Source of the DNA: Octopus vulgaris
Taxonomy: Eukaryota
Reading direction: 5' to 3'
DNA: 64,000 nucleotides
Assembly: GCA_951406725.2 (NCBI GenBank)
Contig: OX597815.1
Span: 26,536,001 to 26,600,000 of the forward strand
In this document: one piece after another, positions 52,966 through 64,000 of the stretch
Position numbering within the stretch: position 1 is the first letter of the stretch
How the letters are laid out: each line of letters starts with the position of its first letter
Position numbers and translations under genes: made by a program
The notes under the pieces: generated by a model
Told to the model about the DNA's origin: nothing
Database searches by the model: none
What the model saw: only the letters and a program-made list of their open reading frames with translations

Positions 52966-53779
52966 GCCTTGTTATTCAAGTCACCAAAGAAAACTTTCTC
53001 CCCGCTTACGTTATCGATGATTCATTTCAGCTATTATTATTTTTAATTCATTTTTCCAAAATCTCAAACTTTCCATTTACAATTAACTACTGTCAGGAAA
53101 ATTCCCGATTAACAGACTTTCTCTTAATCATTCCTTTTCTCCGACGGCATTACCATGCAACTTTATATGCTTCCTATATCTAATTACACACTGAATGCTT
53201 TCTTCATCACAATATCTCTTATAGTTTCCTCGGATTTACTTTTATCACATTTTGACACAAGTGACATTATGATTGTCACACACAAATAATTTTTACAATT
53301 TTTCAGAGAGGTTCATAATTTTATACGATCGTCAAAGAAGATGCAGGAAACCTTAGTTCTTCATTACTGTGCATTTGTGAACACAATTTCTATTTAATCA
53401 TCCGTGTGCGTGTGTGGGTATATATATAAAGTGTGACAGACAGACAAACAGAGAGAAAAGTGTGTGTGTGTATGTTATATTTTCATGCATACATATACAT
53501 ATATACATACAAGCGCGTGTAACTAGACAGATAGATAACTAGATAGACTGATCCTTAAGAAGATAGATAGATAGAAAGAGACAGAAGGAGAGAGACAGAA
53601 AGAAAGAGTAAGAGATGTGTGAGTAGAAGTGGCTAATAGCATAACGGTTATAGGAATCATCTGCGCTTTCGTTTACATACAATTTAAAGTGTTAGTCGTT
53701 TAAAACGATTTTTGCTGAAATTTATAATTACAGAACTTACACGCGCGCACACACATATATACAAGCATATATATATATA

Positions 53780-54168
53780 TTCTTTTATTCTTTTCTTTTG
53801 CTTGTTTCAGTCATTTGACTGCGGCCATACTGGAGCACCGCCTTCAGTCGAACGAGTCGACTCCAGAACTTATTCGTTGTAAGCCTAGTACTTATTCTAT
53901 CGGTAATTTTTGCCGAACCGCAAAGTTACGGGGGCGTAAATACACCAACATCGGTTATCAAGCGATGGTGGAGGAACGAACACAGACACACAAAAATATA
54001 TATATATATACAACGGGCTTTTTTCAGTTTCTGTCCACCAAATCCACTCACAAGGTTTTGGTTGGTCCGAGGTTATAGTAGAAGACACTTGCCCAAGGTG
54101 CCACGCAGTGGGACTGAATCCAAAACCATGTGGTTGGTAAGCAAGCTTCTTACCACACAGCCACGCCT
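53780..54168 (-). mobile_element. SINE family A, full length
   Basis: Reverse complement of the 21809 and 63172 copies; a decayed head follows at 54310-54445. Confidence 0.92.
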
Positions 54169-54466
54169 AAGGATATGTGTGTGTGTGTGTGTGTGTGTCT
54201 GTGTGTGTGTTTGTGTGTGTGTGTGTGTATGTATATGTATATAAAATAAATCTGTGTGTGTGAGTGTGGGTGCGTGTGTGTGTGTTTGTATGTATGTAAA
54301 AAGAGAGCTAGACGACGGACTCTAAGCCTCATGACATTCTAACAGATTAGCTCACGACACACCGGTTGGCCAGCGACTATATCAGAAGATACTTGCTTAA
54401 GGCACCGCATAGTTGTAGTTTAACTCGGAACCACGTGGTTCGAAGCGATCTTGCATAGTTGGACCA

Positions 54467-54550
<84 letters not shown>

Positions 54551-55612
54551 GAAAGACAGATATATACATGTATGTATAGTGTTATAGAGGGTGGGATGGG
54601 GAAATTTTACTCTACCTTGTATGTCTGTATTCGTTTGCGCTGATGTACGCCCTTGCTTCTTTTACATATAGAACAGTTTCATTGTTTACGTCCCTGGTTC
54701 AAATTCTGCCGGAGTTCACATTGGCATTATGCTAAAATTAGAAATCAATATAGTTGTCAGAATTAAATTAACTAAAATTTCCCAGATATATTTGCCACCA
54801 GCATAACCAACGAAATGCTTTCGGTCTTAGATTGTGAAACTGAATTCGGTTTCCTCTTTCATTCCTTCAAGGCATTTAATCTCGGTTAGTCTTTCTGGTA
54901 TTTACTTACTTTCGTTCCTTCTGGCATTTAATCTGTTGGATTACCTTTGGATGTTACATTCTACTCAGACAACTTCAATTTTATTTAGTTTTTTCATATT
55001 CTCTCAATTCCTTATAAATAAATTTGATAGATTTATATAGTTGTCCTCTGTACTTGTTTATTCCTCTGAGATATGAGCTGCTCAATAAATCTAGACATCT
55101 ATGTTCGTATCCATTCTGAAAGCCAGTTTCGATTCGCAGTTGAAATTAACTATTTTATTTCTATGCTCAAATCAGAGTACTCTCGACCGTTTTATTCTAT
55201 CAATTCTCCTGAAATGCATTGCATAGCTAAGGGAATACCAAATATATAGGTTATTTTATATCTTTAATAATCATTTTCTTTCTGTAATTTTAAATTCCCT
55301 TAGTAATTAAGCAAATAATAAAGCTGTGTTTGAAAGGTTTAGCAGAGTTAATTTCATCAAACACCATAAAAGATGACATAAGAAATTATAGGGTAACTTG
55401 TTTAGACTAAATTATCTTACCATTTCCTATTATGAAGTCATCTTCCCCTTCACGTCTCCTTACTAGATACAGATGTCAGAATTTTGTATAAAGTTACGAC
55501 CATAGAACTGAAAGCGAAAATTACTAAAAACAGCATTGCATATAATTAGCATATTAATATACGTATATGTGTGTGCGCGTGTGAGTGTGTGTGTAATAAA
55601 TATATATATATG

Positions 55613-55705
<93 letters not shown>

Positions 55706-57482
55706 ATATATACATATGCATGTGTGTGGTGGGGTGTCACTATTTCTCGCAGAACACAAGTGTTCAATGGACCTCGATTGGGAACACTGCTCCTTTATCA
55801 CTCTAAATATAATAAAAAAGCGAAATTTCCCCTTAGAATTAAGTATCAACATTCTTATCTAACCATTTGCAATAATAATAATAATAATAAAATAATTATA
55901 TAATTTTTAAAATTTTAAATTACATCCTGGGAAATACTTATATTTTTCAAAATCGTTTGTGCTCGACCAATAAATTTAACAATTACTGAAATTCTATAGC
56001 ACAATTGATATAGAAATCCTTTTAATCGACTGTCTTTCATAAGTTATCTTTTATTTTTGCCCTCAGTATACCTCTTGATTACCCTACTTATATTTTGCCG
56101 CCTCACTTAACAAGATTTTAATTTCCGTTGTTCCTCTTCAACTCGTCCCGTTCATTCTCACCGCGAAGCACATACGCAACATTGTTTAACTCTTCACAGC
56201 AGTCGGATTTAATTCTATCAAATTCTTAATTCCTTTGACTTTCCATAACCACGAAATACCCTACGATTTCAGTCATTCTGTCAAACGTCTTGATAATTAA
56301 CTGTCACTCGAAATGTCTTTCCGGGATAAAATCTTTCCCATTTCAAGAACAGCATCCGGGAAACAGAATTTCTGTGCTTTGAAGGATTAAATATTCTTGT
56401 TTTTACTAACGTTGTAGATGTTCTCTGCAGGAACTTACTCCAGTAGAAAGGAAATTTACTGCTGAAAATCCAAACTAAATTCTAAATGAAAACTTTGATT
56501 TTGTTTTACAATTAGCCACTCTGTCATTTCTTGATAAGATATTCAAATTGCTTCTTTCACCAATATCAGTTTCTTACGAAGGCGCAAATCCATGAATGAG
56601 ACAGAAATAAGATATTTGTTTTTTTCAGGTGCATTTTCTAGTGAAATAGTTACAACCAAACTGAGTTCTGAAATCTGTAGACAACTTGCAGGCTCGTTCT
56701 TGGTACAATGCCCACAAAACTTTTGTAGGGATAATTAAATGGATTTATTTCGAACTAATATAAGTTAGCATTTGACTAACTTGCAAAAGAGAACTGACTG
56801 CATAGATTATTCAGCCTGACATTTTTCCAGCTTCTTATATGAATAAAGGATTAAAATGAAATTTCGCATGAGTTTCGATAGCGGGAGGGAGGTATAGGAA
56901 GAGAGAAAGTTGTAATATCAATAGAAGAAGCAGAAGGTGTACGTTAAATCAACAGTTGGAGAGCATCGTTCAATGAAACAGCCCTACGGTTCAGGATGTG
57001 TCTGGTGTGTGTACAATTTGTAAGAGGAACCAGATATTATTGTTACTGCTGTGCATACATCATAGTTTTATTGGTTACACAGCAGTTATTCTGCAACATC
57101 GTATTCAAGGATATCTAGCTCATCATATCATCCCCTGCGCGCACGTTTTACAACTAGTGCACAGTGGGGGAAATGGTGAGCACGCAAGGTTTCCAGGTTG
57201 ATATCGGATTTATTTTTTTAATTGAAGAAATCTGAATAATGGTTACTCACGTGCTTTGCAAAGAAACACTAAATTTGCACACAAATTTCCGCCCACATCC
57301 ATATCAAAAGAAATAATTGTCACCAGAACTTATTTCACTCTGGTATTTTATCAATCTCTACTGAACGGTTAAGTAACACGTTTTGAATCAACATCGTTTT
57401 CACACTGGTCAACATAACCATACACATCACACACACACGCACACACTTATACATGTTGCCGGTATATAATATTCTCCTACAT

Positions 57483-58070
57483 AAGGCAGAGAGCTGGCAG
57501 AAACGTTAGCACGCCGGGCGAAATGTATTGCGGTATTTCGTCTGCCGCTACGTTCTGAGTTCAAATTCCGCCCGCCGAGGTCGACTTTGCCTTTCATCCT
57601 TTCGGGGTCGATTAAATAAGTACCAGTTACGCACTGGGGTTGATATAATCGACTTAATCCGTTTGTCTGTCCTTGTTTGTCCTCTCTTTGTTTAGCCCCT
57701 TGTGGGTAGTAAAGAAATAGGTATTTTGTCCGTCGCTACGTTCTGAGTTCAAATTCCACCGAGGTCAACTTTGCCTTTCATCCTTTCGGGGTCGATTAAA
57801 TAAGTACCAGTTACGCACCGGGGTCGATATAATCGACTTAATTCGTTTGTCTGTCCTTGTTTCTCTCCTCTGTATGCAGCCCCTTTTAGGCAATAAAGAA
57901 ATAAGAAACGTTAGCACGCCGGGCGAAATGCTTAGTAGTATTTCGTCTGTCTTTACGTTCTGAGTTCAAATTCCGCCGAGTGCGTCTTTGCCTTTCATCC
58001 TTTCGGGGTCAATAAATTAAGTACCTGTTGCGTACTGGGGTCGATCTAATCTACTGGCCCTCTCCCCCAA
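57483..58070 (+). mobile_element. Trimeric SINE family B array
   Basis: Three GTTCTGAGTTCAAATTCC...TTTGCCTTTCATCCTTTCGGGGTC bodies (~57552, ~57740, ~57957); the first two end in the CCCCTT...TAAAGAAATA tail. Confidence 0.9.
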
Positions 58071-58309
58071 TATTCTCCTTACATGTGACTAAATCACATT
58101 CTGAACTCCGCATCTACCACACCAAACTCTCGCATTGTTCATTGTCCTTGAAGTTTCCTTCAAGCGACTGGTCACCGAGTCCCTATTGACCCCTCAAAAT
58201 CACTTCTCTTATTATGGATCCTATCTGTCGACGTCGTCGTCGTTGCTGATAGTATTGTTGCTATTAGTGGTGGCGGCGGCAGTAGCGGTGGCGGTAGCTG
58301 TGCAGGTGG

Positions 58310-58698
58310 TAGCGGTGGTGGTGGTGGTGGTGTGGTGGTGGTGGTGGTGGTGGTGGTGGTGGTGGTGGTGGTGGTGGTGGTGGTGGTGGTGATGGTGGTG
58401 GTGATGGTGTTGGTGGTGGTGGTGATGGTGGTGGTGGTGGTGGTGGTGGTGGTGGTGGTGGTGGTGGTGGTGGTGGTGGTGGTTTGGTGGTGGTGGTGGT
58501 GGTGGTGGTGGTGGTTTTTGGTGGTGGTTTGGTGGTGGTGGTGGTGGTGGTGGAGGCGGTGGTGGTGGTGGTGGTGGTGGTGGTGGTGGTGGTGGTGGGG
58601 TGGGGGGTGGGGGTGGTGGGGGGTGGTTTGGTTGGGGGGGTTTAGTGGTGGTGGTGGTGGTGGTTTGGTAGTGGTGGTGGTGGTGGTGGTGGTGATGG
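58310..58698. repeat. Long (GGT)n with G-runs
   Basis: Seen directly. Confidence 0.95.
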
Positions 58699-58904
58699 TA
58701 CAGTTAACTGATATTAATTGATCCAACGCTCCCAAGCTATTATATTGTTTTCATTGTGCGTATATTTTTTCCTTGGAGACCTGGGGACGGGGCACGTCCA
58801 TTTTAACACCTGCAAGGATCAGAGCCTCTAATACCCCCAACAGAAGGCAAAATGTCGAAAACATTCAGACAGACAAATACAACTAGTAGATAGAGGGAGA
58901 CAAG

Positions 58905-59160
58905 ATGGAAACCGTGTGGAGGCCTGCCATATATATAAGCTTGTGGGTGTGTTTGTGTGTTTGTGTCTTTATTTTTCCCCTCACACAAACTGCTTGACAA
59001 CCGGTGTTTGTTCTTTTACGTCCTCATAACGTAAAAGTGAAAGCAAAAGAATGATATCTCTTATTATATCTGCTTATAAAAAAAAATAAGCACCGGGGTT
59101 GATTTATTCGAATAAACCCTTTAAGGACGGTGCCCAGCATGGCCGTAGTTCAGTGAAAAT
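58905..59160 (+). mobile_element. SINE family A 3' half, decayed
   Basis: TGCTTGACAACCGGTG...TTTACGTCCTCATAAC...GGTGCCCAGCATGGCCGTAG. Confidence 0.65.
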
Positions 59161-59379
59161 ACACGATTTGTGTGTGTGTGTGTCTGTGTGTGTGTATGTG
59201 TGTGTGTGTGTGTGCGTGCGTCTTCGTATGTGTAAATATAAATTTATATTTACATATACAGTCAACAAATGAGGTCAGAGATTCTCAGCCACTCTTTACC
59301 CCGCGGACTTGGTCCTCGGGAAAAGATTCGGAGTGTAAGTTCAAATCGTTTGAGCGCTACCAAGTGTTTTATATATTTG

Positions 59380-59466
59380 TATGTATACATATATATACGT
59401 GCTTGTGTATGTGTGTGTGTGTGTGTGTATACACGCGCACACATTCACACACACACATATATGTAC

Positions 59467-59543
<77 letters not shown>

Positions 59544-59734
59544 TGTATACACGCGCACACTTTCACACACACACACATATGTACACATATATATATATGC
59601 ATATATATATATATGTGTGTACATATATGTGTGTGTGTGAATGTGTGCGCGTGTGTACATATATGTGTGTGTGTGAATGTGTGCGCGTGTATATACACAC
59701 ACACATACACAACCACGTATATATATGTATACGT
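59380..59734. repeat. Quasi-palindrome of nested microsatellite-derived units
   Basis: GTATACACGCGCACACATTCACACACACACATATATGTACA-type unit occurs twice forward and twice inverted around ATATGCATAT (~59600). Confidence 0.75.
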
Positions 59735-60335
59735 ATATGTATACATATAAGATAAAAGGAAGGAAGGGGAGCAGTGAGTGGTGGGATGAGGCAGATTGGA
59801 GAGTCTTTTATCTTCAGCGAAGAAATCAAAGAAGCATGTGGAGGTTTCAACGAAGTGAAGAGAGAAGAATGGGAAATATCAATGTGTTGACATAGAAAGC
59901 CTAAGCATGATAACCTTTCTTATTCACCTGTGTGAACCCTTCACCAATCAGCTTCAAACTCCTATTTATCTCACCTGCTTCCTTTCGTCATCTCGCTTAA
60001 TATTTTCCCCCTTCTCTCATTATCTACTTATCTATATATCTCTCTCTCTCCCTCTCTCCCTATTCTCTATCTCCCTCTCTCTTTTTCTAAAATCTCATGC
60101 TCTCTTTCTGACCTTCTGACTTAAAACTTCTGTTTCTAGTTTCCCCATATACGCTTCTCACTTTTTCTCCCTCTTTCTCTTTTTCTGTCTATTTACATTT
60201 CTAGTGCACATCTTTCTAAGTACCTTTTGCTTTGCTCTTTTTTTACTGGCAATGTATGTGTGTTTGTATGTATGCATACATATATAGAAAGATAGGTAGA
60301 TAGATAGACATGTAGGTAGGTAGGTAGATAGATAA

Positions 60336-60391
<56 letters not shown>

Positions 60392-60655
60392 GTAGGTAGG
60401 TAGGTAGGTAGGTAGGTAGGTAGGTAGGTAGGTAGGTAGATAGGTAAGTAGGTAGGTAGATATGTAGATGATAGATAGATAGATAGAGGCATATATAAAC
60501 TCTTGAGAGATTTAATACATTTTGAAGAGTGACTTAATGTAATTCGAATGATGTTCAAACCCTTTATATGTATACGTGAGTGTCTGTGTGTATGATTGTA
60601 TATGTGTATGTATATGTACATGTATGTATACCTACATGTATGTGTGTGTGTGTGC

Positions 60656-60701
<46 letters not shown>

Positions 60702-60791
60702 TTCTCTTACAATCTCCTTCCATCTCTTAACTTATGTATCTGTCGTTTTAGTTTTCTTTCTCTCTCTTTCTCCTTCTCACATTCTCTCCTA

Positions 60792-60838
<47 letters not shown>

Positions 60839-61532
60839 TATATAGATAGATGCATGTATAAATACTTACATAATACATACATACTTTCATATATGCATAC
60901 ATATACCCAGTCTATATGCAACATATTATATGGTATTATAAGTGAAGTAGTGAATTTTGGAAGTTTAACCATAGTGTTATACATTGAGACATACATGTAT
61001 AAATTTCAATACAGATATTTACATTTACATAAACACGTACAAACAATCTAATGTACATACATAGAATGTACTAAAAGGACTTGTACACCCACTACACAAG
61101 TGCGAGTTTATTCACACGCACACACTCCCATATATGTACACACGAACAAATTCAGATAACCACAAACCCCAAGAGTTGTTTTGACTTAAAGAAAAAGCCA
61201 ATAATCGTCTTGGATTCTATAAAGATATATTTAGATTTATCCCGCCAAAATTCATTCCTATATACATTCATACATATACGCATAAAAATCTTTACTGCTT
61301 GTATGCATCTCAAAATCCGTTTATGCATACAAGCATATACACATATGCATAAATGCACACGCAGGCATGCCCTTACAAATGCAGGCAAATAAACATATAT
61401 GTTTTCTTAAGTGCGTATATGTATTTACGCAAACGCGAATCTATGCATATACACACCATCTATCTTCGTATCTTCCTACATGTGTATATATATATGTATA
61501 TATATATATATGTGTGTATATATATATATATA

Positions 61533-61629
<97 letters not shown>

Positions 61630-62319
61630 TATATATATACATACATATGTTTGTTTATGTCGGTATGCATGTGTGGAGAGCAAGCGCGACATTCTCTCCC
61701 TATCACCGTCCTGAATCAGCCATTTCTACTATCTCTGTATCTCACACAAATTAACGCGAGCGCGCGCACACACACACACACACTAACACATACACACACA
61801 CGCACACGCACGCATGCTCACTCGTACACGCACTCCCATATACTCATACACACTTATTGTGTGCGTGGATGGATGCTTGATTTGATGCATGTCATAGTAC
61901 GTTCCTCTCCCATTTCTAGATTTAATTCTTCTCTCTTTCTTCTCCTCTTTATCTGCCTCTGTTTCTCTTTTTCTCCCCCCCCCCTCTCTCTCTACCTATC
62001 TACCTATCTATCTATCTAACTTTCTATCTCTATTTCTCTATCTCTCTCTCCCCCCTCTTTGACAATCAATTTATATAAACATCTGCAGGTACAGAAGCGC
62101 GCACGTGTAAGAGTGTGTCCATACACACCCGCGTGCACATATCTTTGCATTGATATGATTTTGCAGCCTTGTATAACTGTTTAGGCGCACACATGTTTAT
62201 GTATATGTGTATGTACGTCTGTATGCCTGTCTATATATATGTATGTGTGTGTGAGTGTGTATGAATGTACACATGTATGCGTGTGTAAGTACATAGCATG
62301 TATGTGTGTATGTATATAT

Positions 62320-62384
<65 letters not shown>

Positions 62385-63171
62385 CACACACATATATATA
62401 TATACACACACATACATAAATATAGAGGATGAATTTATATGTGCATGTATGTTTGTGTGTTTGCTTGTGTGTGTGCGTGATGGTGTGTGTGTGTGCGTAT
62501 GCGAGCGTGTGTGTGTGTGTGTGTGTGTGTGTTATTCGTCTAATCAAACTGTGAACCACATAACTTATCCCTTCTGTACAATCCGTTAGAACGCCAAAGG
62601 TGAGATGTCTGTTGTAAAGGTCAACAGGTTAGCGGAAGACCATTAGTTACTAGCACTTGGAAATCCTCATACTGCGACGAATCGTCGAGATAAATTTTAG
62701 GAACACCATTTCTTACTTGAGTTTATGGATTCTTAAAGAGGCCTGAAACCTAAGTTTATAAACAGATAGGAAATAATAAGAGGCTACGATTCTCTTACCT
62801 TCTTTTTAAAAATGAGCAATAACATGACTTCGATGTTCATACGCCAGTATTACAAAGAATCGAAAGCGTGCCACATTTATTATTTGAACTATTTATATGG
62901 AAGCAAGAGCAGTGCATAGCTAGAATATGTGACGCCCAAGGACAACCCTTCGTTTTGTCGCTTCTCGGACCCTCACAAAAGCTATTACATGTTGCAGTGA
63001 TTCCCTCTGCGCTTGAAAAGGGAACCCTAGCTTACTTTAACAATTTCATCTGAATGTGTTGCAGGTAGCACACCTATGGCATCATGCAGATATCACCTAG
63101 AAATATAGTTATTACGTAAGTTTATCCACTTGAAACAGCTACCGAGATATGACATTACATAATTTTTTTTC

Positions 63172-63564
63172 CGTGGCTGTGTAGTAAGTAGCTTGCTTAC
63201 CAACCACATGGTTCCGGGTTCAGTCCCACTGCGTGGCACCTTGGGCAAGTGTCTTCTACTATAGCCTCGGGCCGACCAAAGCCTTGTGAGTGGATTTGGT
63301 AGACGGAAATTGAAAGAAGCCCGTCGTATATATGTAAATATATATATATATGTGTGTGTGTGTTTGTGTGTCTGTGTTTGCCCCCCCCCCATATCGCTTG
63401 AAAACCGATGCTGGTGTGTTTACGTCCCCGTAACTTAGCGGTTCGACAAGAGACCGATATAATAAGTACTAGGCTTAAAAAGAATAAGTCATGGGGTCCA
63501 TTTGCTCGACTAAAGGCGGTGCTCCAGCATGGCCACAGTCACATGACTGAAACAAGTACAAGAG
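63172..63564 (+). mobile_element. SINE family A, full length, young
   Basis: Near-consensus head GTGGCTGTGTAGTAAG...GGTTCAGTCCC, GGCACCTTGGGCAAGT, tail GACTGAAACAAG. Confidence 0.92.
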
Positions 63565-63769
63565 TATATGTATGTGTTTCTGTTCTCCGAGTAAGTAGAG
63601 GTTTCAAGCCTGTGTTTATCTTCCTTACTACTTATGTGTGTGTATATTCTCTTTTGCTTCTAATTATTTAAATTCATCTTCTGCGGAAGCTACTAGTTTT
63701 TAACAAAGATACAAAGTTTCGTCGTTGGCATCTCGATAACAAAAACAATGTTGCATTTTAAACTGGTGA

Positions 63770-63861
63770 AAAGTCTTGCGTATTGAACTCAGAACGTAAA
63801 GAGCGAAATACCGCGACGCAATTTATTCGTATTGCTAATGATTCTGCCAGTTCGCCACCTT
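63770..63861 (-). mobile_element. SINE family B 5' part
   Basis: TTGAACTCAGAACG...ATTCTGCCAGTTCGCCACC. Confidence 0.7.
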
Positions 63862-64000
63862 TAAACAGAGTCGCTAATCTAATCATATATATTATGTTTC
63901 AAAAATTGGTGAGGTGGTCGTGGTAAGAATGCATCACATCATATATCTGCTTTTTTTTTTTCGTGATTATTATAAGAAATTCAAATTTTAAAAATTTCCA

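Noticed and set aside
54780-56700. Pyrimidine-skewed stretch resembling an old antisense LINE
   Set aside because: No convincing protein motif recovered by eye; the same applies to 44340-44760.
63093-63392. Recurring peptide RLPNPLTRLWSARGYSRRHLPKVPRSGTEPGTMW (also 21784, 54062)
   Set aside because: Antisense translation of SINE-A, not a gene family.

Overview
AT-rich, repeat-saturated eukaryotic DNA with no confidently identifiable host protein-coding gene. The SINE families and extreme microsatellite density point to an octopus (coleoid cephalopod) genome, most likely a large intron or gene desert (inference). Nearly all ORFs in the supplied track are microsatellite translations. Supported content: about 30 copies of three tRNA-headed SINE families plus a fourth dispersed repeat; decayed non-LTR retrotransposon pieces (RTE endonuclease, 3' region and zinc finger; an RLE/CRE-like 3' end; CR1-like ends); Penelope-like fragments, two carrying a minimal type I hammerhead ribozyme core; hAT and pogo MITEs with intact TSDs; Helitron-like elements; and a 154-bp LTR relic with a tRNA-Ser PBS. 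The most unusual structures are the Penelope-type ribozymes inserted in (TA)n, head-to-tail SINE multimers sharing the same junction at two loci, fold-back inverted duplications centred on (TA)n, and nested insertions with readable TSDs. I found no new gene system that the sequence alone can support.
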